A stretch of DNA of 64,000 bases from Ktedonobacterales bacterium (GTDB lineage: Bacteria; Chloroflexota; Ktedonobacteria; Ktedonobacterales; JADMIN01): contig DASTKI010000057.1 of assembly GCA_035716045.1 (NCBI GenBank), forward strand, positions 12,677-76,676, written 5' to 3'. A program made the position numbers and the translations under genes. How positions within the stretch are numbered: position 1 is the first letter of the stretch; each line of letters starts with the position of its first letter. Under the pieces are notes generated by a model that saw only the letters and a program-made list of their open reading frames with translations, was not told the origin of the DNA and did no database searches. This document shows, in pieces, positions 36,767 to 46,342 of the stretch.

Positions 36767-37639
36767 ATGCATGCAAGGCATACGCATGGGGGGGACAGAT
36801 TGAACATATTGGTCGTCGATAGCGACCGCGACATGGTCGAGATGGTAACCAGTTGGCTGCGCTCGCGCGGATATACCGTTCACTTCAGCTTCTCGGCGGA
36901 TAAAGCCCGGTCCGTCTGGCTGGAGCGCAAGCCTGACCTGGTGATCGCTGAAGTCAAGCTGGCGGGCGTTGATGTAATGGCGATCTGCCGCGAGCTGCGC
37001 GTGCAGCACGACGCGCTCGTACTAGCAGTGACGGATGAGCCGAGCCCAACTATCGAGGCGCATTGCCTGGAGTCGGGCGCGGATGCGTTCCTGGCGAAAC
37101 CATTCCTGCCCAAGCTGCTGCTGGCGCACCTCCATGCGCTCAGCCGCCGTGTGCGCGCGACGCTGCAGCGGCAGCCCTCAACGGTGATGGAGATTGGGCC
37201 GATTCGGTTCGACGCTTCGCGCAATGAGGTGCGCGTGAATGGGCGCGTGGAGCATTTGACGCCGACGGAGAGCCGGATCTTGCAGATACTGGCGATCAAC
37301 GTCGGTGACGTATGCACGCAGAACCAAATCGTGTCGCATGCCTGGGGGTACGGGGAGGATGGCGACACCTACCTCATCAAGGCGCACATTCGACACCTGC
37401 GGGAGAAGATCGAGCCTGTGCCGAGCAAGCCGCGCTTCATTCGGACCGTGCCGGGGGTGGGGTACACCCTCTCCGTCAGCACGGCGTCGGGGCCAACGGA
37501 TAGAGCCTCCGAGTTCGCCGCTAAGGATGTGGACGACCATGCGGAGCGGCCTGACGGCGCCGACGCTGCCGATGACGGTGAACCATTCCATCGCCTGGAT
37601 GACCGTGTAAGCCATCTGCGCATGGCGAGCACTCACTGA
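36767..37639 (+). CDS. OmpR/PhoB-type winged-helix response regulator with a ~50-aa acidic C-terminal tail
   Basis: REC domain (NILVVDSDRDM...DLVIAEVKLAGVD...LAVTD...FLAKPF) plus a trans_reg_C domain (IRFDASRNEVRVNGRVEHLTPTESRILQ...FIRTVPGVGYTL). The start is uncertain between ATG 36767 and TTG ~36800. Confidence 0.8.
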   Translation: MHARHTHGGDRLNILVVDSDRDMVEMVTSWLRSRGYTVHFSFSADKARSVWLERKPDLVIAEVKLAGVDVMAICRELRVQHDALVLAVTDEPSPTIEAHCLESGADAFLAKPFLPKLLLAHLHALSRRVRATLQRQPSTVMEIGPIRFDASRNEVRVNGRVEHLTPTESRILQILAINVGDVCTQNQIVSHAWGYGEDGDTYLIKAHIRHLREKIEPVPSKPRFIRTVPGVGYTLSVSTASGPTDRASEFAAKDVDDHAERPDGADAADDGEPFHRLDDRVSHLRMASTH

Positions 37640-37724
37640 GAGAGCGTAGGGCAGGACGCCAATTGATGTAGTAGTCGCGCGTATTCGTTTTGATTTATTC
37701 CGTGAATGACACTGACGGCTGACC

Positions 37725-37761
37725 GAGAACCTGCGAGCGCTGAATGCGCCCGCAGGTTCTC
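37725..37761 (+). terminator. 11-bp stem-loop downstream of the response regulator gene
   Basis: gagaacctgcg (37725-37735) pairs with cgcaggttctc (37751-37761), followed by attgtctgttg. Confidence 0.6.
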
Positions 37762-37803
37762 ATTGTCTGTTGCGATTGCAGCCTCTGGGCATCTGGTAAC
37801 GAC

Positions 37804-37836
37804 GTGGCGCTGTGTCGCGCGAGGATCCAGCGCCAC
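37804..37836 (-). terminator. 9-bp stem-loop just downstream of the minus-strand O-antigen-ligase-like gene
   Basis: gtggcgctg (37804-37812) pairs with cagcgccac (37828-37836), 18 nt beyond the stop at 37854. Confidence 0.5.
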
Positions 37837-37853
37837 TCCGCATGGCAAAGCCC

Positions 37854-39638
37854 CTAGCGGCGTGTAGCTGGCTGGCGACTCGTGGTTGGAGCGCGCGCGG
37901 GACGCGCGCCATGCGAGGTGAGGGAGGCGGCTACGCCGCTCAGCGCCTCGCGCTCCCATCCAGTGAGTGTGGTGACGCGTTGGAGCGTCTTGCGCTGTGC
38001 CGCGGCTCCGGCGCCAGCCTCATCGCGGGTCTCAGTGGTCTCGGTCGCCGGAGTGGGAGTATCGAGCTCCCGCAGGCGCATGACCGTGCCCATTAGCAAC
38101 CCGAGATAGAAGATATTGCGATAGAAGAAGAGTTGGTAGTCGCCGTAGGCGAGCGGCACCTCCATCAGCATGGCCCCAATCGCGTAGATCGCTATGAATC
38201 GCAGATCGGGGTCGCGGAGCGTGCGCGCGAGGATGCCTGTGCGAATCACGAACGCGCCTATCAGATACCAGAGCGCGAGGTAGCCGGGAGGGCCGAGGCG
38301 CATCCAGACCCAGAGCAGGGTGTTGTGCGGGATGTAGAGGTAGTAGGGATCAATGGAGACGATGTTGGGGAGCGTGATCGGCTGGAGGAAGGGTTTGCCG
38401 AAGCCATAGCCAATGACCGGATTCTGTTGCTCGGTAAACTTGAGATCATAGTCCTCGACGTAGCGGTAGGCGTTGGAGGCGGCGTCACGGACATCGGCGG
38501 CGCTGGGATGCACGACGGAGATCACGGCTCGGGCAGGTGTGCCGAGCGTGCTCGAAGAGTGCTGGAACGCAAGCACGTAGACGCCAAAGACCACTCCCGA
38601 GATGACAGCCGCCGTGATGAGCGCCTTGCGTCGCTCGGGACGCACGACGACAGCGAAGAGCCACGCTCCCAGCGCGCCAAGCAGGAATGCCGCGTAGTCT
38701 GCGCGGCGGTTATTGGCTACGAGCGCAACCAGCAGGAAGGGGGTTGAGAGCAGGGCTGCCCACATAAGCAGGCGCATACGCCCAAGCATGACGCATAGCA
38801 GAATAATGAGCAGCACGAGGACGAAGAAGAAGGACTGTTCATGTGCCATGATCTCGTTCTGACCTGAGATGTGACCGCCGAGCGGACCGAAGACAATGTA
38901 GGTCCCTTGCAAGGCTTTGATGGATGTGCCGATCACGGTAATCCAGAGCAGCGCTAGCGCGTGACGCTTTTCATTGATGAGGTTATAGGCGAGCAGGTAG
39001 GTAAGGAAGAGATACCAGAAGGGCCGAACCTCAAGGACGATGATGCGCGGGTCTCCGCCGCTGCTGAGGCCGTGCGCCACACCCATGGCGACACAGGCGA
39101 GCATCGCGGCGAAGGGCCAGAAGAGCGGACCGAGCTTGAGAGGCGCGCCCATGCGCTTCGCCAGGCGGCGCGCGATGATGAGCAACAAGGCGAAGAGCGC
39201 CAGGAAACCGATGGGTCGCTCAGGCAATCCTTGCAGATTGACGGGCCAGTAGAAGATGTAGAGGTGGTCAGTGACAATGGGATAGGTCAGTATTTCCTGC
39301 TCGACGACCACGGCGCAGATCGCCAGCGCGTAGACTCCCGCGATGGGCCAGATGAGCATGATGATGATCAGGATGGCGATGATGAGGAGGCCGAGCGCGA
39401 GCGCGAAGCCGATCTGGATCTGGAGGAAGGCCATGAGCGGCGCCAGCCCCACGGTCAGCGCCATCGCCGCGAGATAGAGCCTGCGCTCGCCCTTACGCGC
39501 GTCGCGTATGAGGCGTGACACAGCCAGGGGCGCTTCATCCACGCGCCGGAATACCTGTGATGCGGCTCTCACGATGGACACCTCGTGTGTGAAGCGGGGC
39601 TTCCTGACCTCGCTCAGACTGATCAAGCAGGCGCCCAA
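37854..39638 (-). CDS. O-antigen ligase / Wzy-like polytopic membrane protein (candidate polymerase)
   Basis: More than 10 hydrophobic spans with a large loop before the last TM block, and a hydrophilic C-terminal tail. It lies next to the Wzz and BY-kinase genes. Assignment is by architecture and context, and the start is uncertain. Confidence 0.65.
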   Translation of the reverse strand: MGACLISLSEVRKPRFTHEVSIVRAASQVFRRVDEAPLAVSRLIRDARKGERRLYLAAMALTVGLAPLMAFLQIQIGFALALGLLIIAILIIIMLIWPIAGVYALAICAVVVEQEILTYPIVTDHLYIFYWPVNLQGLPERPIGFLALFALLLIIARRLAKRMGAPLKLGPLFWPFAAMLACVAMGVAHGLSSGGDPRIIVLEVRPFWYLFLTYLLAYNLINEKRHALALLWITVIGTSIKALQGTYIVFGPLGGHISGQNEIMAHEQSFFFVLVLLIILLCVMLGRMRLLMWAALLSTPFLLVALVANNRRADYAAFLLGALGAWLFAVVVRPERRKALITAAVISGVVFGVYVLAFQHSSSTLGTPARAVISVVHPSAADVRDAASNAYRYVEDYDLKFTEQQNPVIGYGFGKPFLQPITLPNIVSIDPYYLYIPHNTLLWVWMRLGPPGYLALWYLIGAFVIRTGILARTLRDPDLRFIAIYAIGAMLMEVPLAYGDYQLFFYRNIFYLGLLMGTVMRLRELDTPTPATETTETRDEAGAGAAAQRKTLQRVTTLTGWEREALSGVAASLTSHGARPARAPTTSRQPATRR

Positions 39639-39664
39639 CAGACGCGACGGGCGCAGCGAGCGGA

Positions 39665-39793
39665 TTAGCGGATGAGAATGATGGCCATGACGGCGAGCAC
39701 AGCGAGAAGGGCCGCTCGCGTGCGCCAGTTGAACTCGCGGGCGAAGAAGGCGATGACAAGGATGCCACCCAGTATGATGCCGATGGTCGTCAT
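39665..39793 (-). CDS. Small (42 aa) two-TM membrane peptide, not in the ORF track
   Basis: My translation is MTTIGIILGGILVIAFFAREFNWRTRAALLAVLAVMAIILIR*. An AAGGGAG RBS lies upstream of the ATG at 39793. It sits between the BY-kinase and Wzy-like genes on the same strand. Confidence 0.5.
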   Translation of the reverse strand: MTTIGIILGGILVIAFFAREFNWRTRAALLAVLAVMAIILIR

Positions 39794-39829
39794 GGCGCTC
39801 CCTTGATTCCCTTGGGCGCCGCAGGCCCG

Positions 39830-40777
39830 CTAGAGCAGGCGCTGGAGCCAGCGTGGGATATAACTGCGTGTCGCATTGAGCACAGCTCCCTCCAGCGGAG
39901 AGTCGGCCAGCTCGCGGTTGGCTTCAGCGATATAGGCTTCTTGGGTCACGCCAGCGCGCACTACAAGCAGAACCGCATCGAGCAGTTGAGGGAGCTGCGC
40001 TCCATAGTCTGTGGTCAGCACCGCGGGCAGGTCAGCGACCAACACCTCATCTGGCGCGGTCAGGATAGCTTGCCCGCCGATGCCGCGGAAGCGATCGGTC
40101 AGCGCGAGCGCGTCGTCGGACGCATCGCCGCTGGGAATCACCGTCAGGTGAGGAGAAATGGTGTGGCGAATGTCAGCCAAATCGCATTCGCGCCGCAGCC
40201 ACTCCGCGAGACCCGGTGAGTGGGGTAGATCAAAGCGCGTGTGGAGCGTGGGATTGTCCCAATTGCAGTCGAGGAGTGTCACGGGCCGGCGCCCGCGCTC
40301 CGCGAGCGCGATGGCGGTGGCGCTGGCAAGGAGGGTCTTCCCCTCGCCGGGGATAGCGCTGGTGAAGCCCAGGCTACGCGTGGGGGGATCCGAGCGATTG
40401 AAGAGGTTCAGGCTGATCTTCACACATTGGTTCTGGATGAGCCGCACACGTGGATCACGAGGGGCGGCCAGCGGTCCACTGGAGGAGGAGCGTCGGTCGC
40501 TCGCTAAGCGGCTTCGGCGCACAACGTTGGGGGATGCGTTGTGCGCGACAGGGGTGAGCGCGACGCCCGCGCGTGTATCCTCACTGATATCGCTGACGGC
40601 GATATCGCTGATGTCATTGTCCGCCTCGCCCGTTCGAAAGTCCGCGATGGCGCCTGTACCCGCTTCCTGCGTAATGCCGCGCGCGAATAGTCCTACGATG
40701 CGCGATACCCGTAGCACTCCGTTCACCCTCTCCCTAACTGGCTGGTCAGGACAGTCTTGATGGTCTGTATGCGCCAT
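39830..40777 (-). CDS. CpsD/CapB-type P-loop ATPase (BY-kinase-like) without a C-terminal Tyr cluster
   Basis: Walker A is SAIPGEGKT, Walker A' is VTLLDCNWDNP and Walker B is VLVADLPAV. The C-terminal 25 residues contain a single Tyr. Confidence 0.75.
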   Translation of the reverse strand: MAHTDHQDCPDQPVRERVNGVLRVSRIVGLFARGITQEAGTGAIADFRTGEADNDISDIAVSDISEDTRAGVALTPVAHNASPNVVRRSRLASDRRSSSSGPLAAPRDPRVRLIQNQCVKISLNLFNRSDPPTRSLGFTSAIPGEGKTLLASATAIALAERGRRPVTLLDCNWDNPTLHTRFDLPHSPGLAEWLRRECDLADIRHTISPHLTVIPSGDASDDALALTDRFRGIGGQAILTAPDEVLVADLPAVLTTDYGAQLPQLLDAVLLVVRAGVTQEAYIAEANRELADSPLEGAVLNATRSYIPRWLQRLL

Positions 40778-40847
40778 TCACTTGCACGTGTGCGCTCTGG
40801 CTGCATCCCATACGTTGGATAGCGTCTTATATGGCTCTGGCCTGGCG

Positions 40848-41867
40848 TCAACGCCGGGCTTGGATGCGCTCCAATAGCGCGGGTTGCGCGGGCGCGGCCA
40901 CCGCCGCTGCGACATCACTCGGAAGCTCCGTCAACTCGAGTGTGATGGGGAGCTGGATAAGGCGTCGCAAGTCCTCAGATGAGTAGATCGAGCGGTCGCG
41001 CCGCATGAGCGCGACCAGCAGGAGCGTGGTCACAAGCAGCCCAACCGCAAGCCCAATGCCGCCGCCAAGCAGAAACCCCTTGGCGCGGGAGACGGGCTTG
41101 CTGTCGACATTGGGCGCGTCCACAATGCTATAGAGGCCGCCAGTACCGTTCCCAACAGTGGCGAGTTGTGATTGGAGCTGGTTGATGTTGGCCTGGAGCG
41201 CATCGGCGTTAGTCTGGGCGGCTTGCGCCTGCTGGAGCAGCTGGCTGTAGGCTGGGTCCGTAAATGCCTGCGCGCCAGGATGGGAGGCCGCGTAGTTGGC
41301 AGCCACGCGCGTCGCCTCGCTCGCGGCCTGTTTGGCCTGGAGCAGCTGGCCCTGATAGGCCTGGATCAACTGCTTGGCCTCAGCGATGGAGAAGCTCGTC
41401 GCTTGCGCTTCGAACTCACCTACGACGGCAGCGACGACTTGCTGGGCTATCTTGGGACTCTTATTGTCATACGTGATCTGGAAGAGGTTATAGCCCACCG
41501 CCGTCGGAATGACCTTGGTGGAGAGCTCATGCTCGATAGCATCGTTCAGCTTGCGGGGATCGGCGCGGGTAGCGGCGTCGAAGGTTGAGGCCAGGTCGGT
41601 CTGTTTCGCGACCGCCAGGTCAAAGGAATGGGCCTGGAGCAACTCAGTGAGCGCGGTCACCTGGGTGCTGGCAGGCGTCGAGTTGAGGTCCGCTTCGGGG
41701 CCGGTGGCGCCAATCACGGAATACCGCTGGAGGGCCCATAGCGTCGCCGTGCCCTCGTACTGGCGCGGCTGCGCCCATACGAAGGCCAGGGCGGTGACAA
41801 TCGGGATGATGAGGAGCGCGGCAATTATCACTCCATGCCGGAAGATCAACTCTAGCGTTCGCCGCAT
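40848..41867 (-). CDS. wzz: Wzz / polysaccharide co-polymerase (chain-length determinant) protein
   Basis: N-terminal TM (VIIAALLIIPIVTALAFVWA) followed by PRQYEGTATLW, a long coiled-coil ectodomain, and a C-terminal TM (GFLLGGGIGLAVGLLVTTLLLVALM). Confidence 0.8.
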   Translation of the reverse strand: MRRTLELIFRHGVIIAALLIIPIVTALAFVWAQPRQYEGTATLWALQRYSVIGATGPEADLNSTPASTQVTALTELLQAHSFDLAVAKQTDLASTFDAATRADPRKLNDAIEHELSTKVIPTAVGYNLFQITYDNKSPKIAQQVVAAVVGEFEAQATSFSIAEAKQLIQAYQGQLLQAKQAASEATRVAANYAASHPGAQAFTDPAYSQLLQQAQAAQTNADALQANINQLQSQLATVGNGTGGLYSIVDAPNVDSKPVSRAKGFLLGGGIGLAVGLLVTTLLLVALMRRDRSIYSSEDLRRLIQLPITLELTELPSDVAAAVAAPAQPALLERIQARR

Positions 41868-42373
41868 ATCAGGTCATCTCCTCTCTATCCCAATATTCCA
41901 TTGGCCCGAGCCTACTCCGCGGGAACGTCTCGTCATGCAGTCCCGCCTGGTCTCCGGTCGGTGTTCCACAAAACAGCGCGTGAAGCCGATCGCTACCATA
42001 CATCGTAGCGCTTGAACGCATATGACGTGGTATCGCCCTATGTGCATGACGTGTATCGTTCATTCCACCCAGGTGCATGCGCGGTAGACGCATGCAAGGA
42101 GCGATGTGGATCGGGTGAGTGGCCATGACGCCTGCCGTATGGCAGTCTCGGCGTCTCTGGCCTCTTGAAAGAACTCTACACATGAGATGGCCGTCGCGAC
42201 GGTATTTCTACCATTCCCACAATCTGCCGTCCACATCAACCTGATAGGCTCGATTGAGAAGCCATGTCCTCTGACCCCAGCGCCTCGTTGGCGTTTCTGT
42301 GGCGCCGCCGTATGGCGGGGAGTGGTTTCACCGCCTCTCGCACTCACACAGTCTAGACGAAGGATAACGACCA

Positions 42374-44251
42374 ATGCGCGCGGATGTGGCTGATCGTGTG
42401 ATCAGTGGCGAGCCGGAGGGCGTCCCAGGCCACAAACGACACGCCGCTGATAGTCACGGTCATCTGCGGATCGTGGTCAGCAATACCGTCATCTCGCTTG
42501 CCGGTCAGGTTGTCACCTGGCTCTCGACGCTGGCGCTGACGATGGCCTACGGACGCTTCCTGGGCCCCGCCGGCTTTGGCGAGTTGTATCTGGCGATCAC
42601 GCTGACCGGGCTCATTGGCTTCCCGTTAGAGTTCGGCTTCAATCAGCAAATCATCCGCGAGGTGGCGAGCGCGCCTCATCGGGCGCAGCGGTATGTCTCC
42701 AGCGCGCTGCTGCTCAAAGTAGCGTTGTGGGCGCCCTTGTGCGCCGCGTTGATGATCGCCGCCGCCCTCCTGCACTATAGCCCAGAAGAGCGTGTGGTGG
42801 TGGCGCTGAGCGGACTGACGCTGCTGGTGACCTCGATCGGCGCGGCGTTCGGGGCGATGCAGATCGCCGTTCACCGCAATATCGTGCCGGTGTCCGGCTT
42901 GATCGTCGAAAAGGTTCTCGATGCCGCCGTAGCGTTCCTCTTGCTGCGCTTCCTGCATGTCGGCGTCATCCCGGTGGCCGTCGTGCTGTTGGTGGGCGCG
43001 TCGCTCAACGCGTCGTGGCAGGCGTTCTGGTTTTACCGGCTGGAGCGTCCAATCTTCGCGCTCGACCTCGCCACCATACGCGAGATCGTGTATACGAGCG
43101 TGCCGTTCCTGCTCTATGGCGCGCTGGGCGTCATCTACTACCGGATTGATACCGTATTGCTCGGCGCGCTCGATGGCGACGCGGTGGTTGGGCGCTACGG
43201 CGCGGGCTACAAGATCTTCGACACCCTGATCTTCCTTCCCGGGCTCATCATGTCCACGGTGATGTACCCGTTGATGGCCCGCCTCTCCACAGATGACCCC
43301 AAGGCATTCCGTGTGGCGATCGAGAAGTCAATGAACTTCCTGCTGATCTGCGGAATGCCACTGGCGACAGGGTTAGGGGTAGCGGCGCCCGCGATCGTCG
43401 GATTCCTCTACCATCATGAGGAATTCGCGCGCACGACGCTGGTGATGGAGGCGCTAGCTCCTGGGCTGATTCTGCTCTATGTCAATTCGGTCATTAGCAA
43501 CATCATCATTACCAGGCATCGGGAGAAGTCGCTGGTCTGGATGGCGGCTGTGGCGATGGTCCTGAATATCAGCCTGAATCTGCTCCTCATTCCGCGCTAT
43601 CACGAGGTGGCGGCGGCGCTCGTAACCTCGATCACCGAGGCGGCGCTGCTGGTCATGGGCCTGTTTGCTGTCCCGCGCGATCTCATCCCGCTCGGCAGCC
43701 TGCCAACCCTGGCGAAGTCGCTGCTTGCGAGTGCGACGATGGCGCTCGTAATTCTGGCGTTGGACCACTTCACGATCCTCGTTATCATCCCCGCCGCCGC
43801 GGCGACCTATATCGCAGTGGGCGCTGTGGCGCGGCTGGTTCCACGCGCGGATGCGCTGGCGCTGGTGGCGGCGGTGCGTCGCAAGGTGGGGCGTGGCGCG
43901 ACGGAGGCGGAAACGGCCAACGTCACGGAAGTGGCGGAGGCGATGGGCTCTGTCGCCGCGGTTGAGTCAGTGGAGATTACCGAACCAGTACCAGCCGTGC
44001 GCGTCGCTGGCGCGTCGGTCATCGCCGCGCGCGCCCACGAGCGCAGGAGCGCGCCGCGCTCGATGCCGCTCGCCGAAATCTATGCCATGAGCCGGCCCGC
44101 GGCGCGCGCCCGACTCGTGACACAAGCAGGCCCGAGATCCACACAGCCGCCGGCGCGCGGCCGGAGTAGCGCGGTAGCGACGCGATTGGCGCGGCGCGCG
44201 GTGGCCAGCCAACCTATCCGTGCGCGGCGTCTGACGGTATCACCCGCGTAA
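42374..44251 (+). CDS. wzx: Oligosaccharide flippase (Wzx/MOP superfamily) with a ~140-aa hydrophilic C-terminal extension
   Basis: NTVISLAGQVVTWLSTLALTMAYGRFLGPAGFGELY and about 12-14 TM spans. The Ala/Arg-rich tail after ~aa 480 may be partly non-coding, and the start is uncertain. Confidence 0.75.
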   Translation: MRADVADRVISGEPEGVPGHKRHAADSHGHLRIVVSNTVISLAGQVVTWLSTLALTMAYGRFLGPAGFGELYLAITLTGLIGFPLEFGFNQQIIREVASAPHRAQRYVSSALLLKVALWAPLCAALMIAAALLHYSPEERVVVALSGLTLLVTSIGAAFGAMQIAVHRNIVPVSGLIVEKVLDAAVAFLLLRFLHVGVIPVAVVLLVGASLNASWQAFWFYRLERPIFALDLATIREIVYTSVPFLLYGALGVIYYRIDTVLLGALDGDAVVGRYGAGYKIFDTLIFLPGLIMSTVMYPLMARLSTDDPKAFRVAIEKSMNFLLICGMPLATGLGVAAPAIVGFLYHHEEFARTTLVMEALAPGLILLYVNSVISNIIITRHREKSLVWMAAVAMVLNISLNLLLIPRYHEVAAALVTSITEAALLVMGLFAVPRDLIPLGSLPTLAKSLLASATMALVILALDHFTILVIIPAAAATYIAVGAVARLVPRADALALVAAVRRKVGRGATEAETANVTEVAEAMGSVAAVESVEITEPVPAVRVAGASVIAARAHERRSAPRSMPLAEIYAMSRPAARARLVTQAGPRSTQPPARGRSSAVATRLARRAVASQPIRARRLTVSPA

Positions 44252-44286
44252 CATGCGCGATAGTCGTTAGCAGGGAGGGCGCGTCC

Positions 44287-44925
44287 ATGGTCACACAGCA
44301 GCACGATATGGCGGCGAGCGCTACGCGGGCGAAGGCTCTCGCGGCGCTCGCGAGCGCCGCATCGTCGCATGCGCGCGACGTTGCACGCGCGGCGATCAAG
44401 TACGCGACGAACCATGTCATCGCGCATATCCCTTCCTATACCGTGCGGCACTGGTGGTACCGTCGCGCGCTGGGCTGGTCGCTCGACCCGACAGCGAGCA
44501 TTCTGCTCAGTCAGCAGATCCAGATGGCGGGCCTGCGGACGAGCGGGGCGCGGGTCTCGATCGGCCCAGGGGCTGTCATCAACGCGGGCTGCCTGCTCTA
44601 TACGACCGGCGGCCTGGCCATCGGGCGGGAGGTCAGCGTATCGGCGGGCGTGTGGCTGGTGACGGGCACGCACGACATGAATCACCCCGACTTCCCGGCG
44701 GAGTTTCATCCGATCGTGATTGGCGACTACGCGTGGATTGGGTCGCGAGCGATCATCCAGGCGGGCGTGACGGTCGGCGAGGGCGCGGTCGTGATGGCGG
44801 GGGCCGTGGTGACACGTGATGTGGCGCCCTATGCGGTGGTGGGGGGCGTGCCGGCGCGGCAGGTGGGTGAGCGCGCGCTACGCTCGCCGCGCTACGAGCA
44901 GCGCTACCGACCGCTGTTCGAGTAG
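44287..44925 (+). CDS. Left-handed beta-helix (hexapeptide) sugar O-acetyltransferase
   Basis: Hexapeptide repeats IGDYAWIGSRAIIQAGVTVGEGAVVMAGAVVTRDVAPYAVVGGVPAR. Confidence 0.8.
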   Translation: MVTQQHDMAASATRAKALAALASAASSHARDVARAAIKYATNHVIAHIPSYTVRHWWYRRALGWSLDPTASILLSQQIQMAGLRTSGARVSIGPGAVINAGCLLYTTGGLAIGREVSVSAGVWLVTGTHDMNHPDFPAEFHPIVIGDYAWIGSRAIIQAGVTVGEGAVVMAGAVVTRDVAPYAVVGGVPARQVGERALRSPRYEQRYRPLFE

Positions 44926-44980
44926 CGCGCGGCTTTCAGCGAATGGCGTCATACGTGATGGTTTGGGGGATTCGGCGGGC

Positions 44981-46342
44981 ATGAATCTGGTAGCGTATTC
45001 GATGAAGACCAAAGGTGGCGCGGCGTTCGGACGGCGGCTGTGGACGGTCTTCACGCGCTTCGGGCTGACGGAGGGGCGCACACGGCGCTCATTTCAGGCG
45101 ATGATCGAGGCGCTACGCCCCTATGACAGCGCGCCGACGTTTTTCGTCCCGGCCACTGTGCTGGAGCGCAGCCCAAGCCTCATCCGCCGCGTGCAGCGCA
45201 TGGGCGCGGAGGTCGGCATCCACGGCTACGTCCACAACGATTATCGCGCGCTGCCAAGCGATGAGCAGGTAGAGCAGATCAACGCGGCGATCGAAGTGTT
45301 TCGCCGGCAGCGCGTCGCCTTTGAAGGATTCCGCAATCCCTATCTCGGCTGGAACGAGGACTCGCTGGAGGCCTTCCGGGAGCTGGGCTTCGTCTACGAC
45401 AGCAATGAGGCGGTCATACACGACGTGATCGAGCCGGCCAAGCTGCCGCCCACGCTGGCGGACAGCTTCCGCCGCTCGCTCGAGTTGTTCCAGGCGATTC
45501 CTTACACCGAGTACAATCTGCGCCCGCATACTGAGGATGGGCTGTTGCGCATCCCCACCAGCATCCCCGATGATGAGATGCTATTCGATCGGCTGCGCAT
45601 GCCCACTGATCAGGTTGGCGAGCTGTGGAGCGAGGTGATGCGGCGGGTGTATGCGGTTGGCGGTGTGTATGTACTGAACCTGCACCCGGAGCGTGGGATG
45701 CTAGCCCGCGGCGCGATGGATCAGTTGCTCGCGACGGCGAGCGGGCTGGCTCTGCCAGTATGGGTGGCGCGGCTGCGCGACATCGCGGCCTGGTGGCGCG
45801 AGCGCGCATCGGCGCGCGTCGAGGTGTCTCCGGCGGGCGCTGGGCGCTGGCAGGTGACGATCACGGGCTCACAGCGAGCGGCGCTGATCGTGCGAAACGC
45901 TGTTACGCAGGGCGCGCAGGCGACGGAGTGGCCGGGCGGCGACCAGCTCGTGTCGGGCCAGCGCTATGTGGTGGAGTCGGCGGTGTTCCCCGGAGTGGCG
46001 ATCTCTCCGCGCACGCCTGCCAGCGTGGAGGAGTTGCTGCGCGAACAAGGCTACCCGGTCATGCGCGCGGTGGCGAGTGAGGCGGCGAACTACGCGGTAT
46101 ATGTGGACCAGCCCGAAGGGCTGGGGAAGACGCGCCGCGAGCGGCAGGAGGCGGCCAGCGCGCTCATTCACAACATCGAGCGCGGCGACGCGCCACTGGC
46201 TCGTATGGGGCTGTGGCCGGAGGGCAAGCGGGCGGCGCTCGCGATCACTGGAGACGTAGACTCCGTGACGATTCAGGACTTCTTCCTGCGCATCGTCGAG
46301 GTGCGGCGGTATACGCCCGCGCGCGGGCGGGCGGCGAGCTAG
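44981..46342 (+). CDS. Polysaccharide deacetylase family protein (long form)
   Basis: NodB-like N-terminal half (PTFFVPATVLERSP...EVGIHGYVHNDY) and a C-terminal block (ALAITGDVDSVTIQDFF). The start is ATG 44981. Its stop TAG overlaps the stop of the convergent hydrolase gene within CTAG (46339-46342). Confidence 0.75.
   Translation: MNLVAYSMKTKGGAAFGRRLWTVFTRFGLTEGRTRRSFQAMIEALRPYDSAPTFFVPATVLERSPSLIRRVQRMGAEVGIHGYVHNDYRALPSDEQVEQINAAIEVFRRQRVAFEGFRNPYLGWNEDSLEAFRELGFVYDSNEAVIHDVIEPAKLPPTLADSFRRSLELFQAIPYTEYNLRPHTEDGLLRIPTSIPDDEMLFDRLRMPTDQVGELWSEVMRRVYAVGGVYVLNLHPERGMLARGAMDQLLATASGLALPVWVARLRDIAAWWRERASARVEVSPAGAGRWQVTITGSQRAALIVRNAVTQGAQATEWPGGDQLVSGQRYVVESAVFPGVAISPRTPASVEELLREQGYPVMRAVASEAANYAVYVDQPEGLGKTRRERQEAASALIHNIERGDAPLARMGLWPEGKRAALAITGDVDSVTIQDFFLRIVEVRRYTPARGRAAS

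Noticed and set aside
36391-36834. Minus-strand ORFs (147 and 106 aa) and plus-strand ORFs (70-116 aa) inside the 35.7-36.8 kb gap
   Set aside because: There is no RBS. Composition is implausible (Cys/His/Arg/Ser/Pro-rich), the ORFs overlap one another, and no motifs are present. The region is treated as non-coding (see finding).
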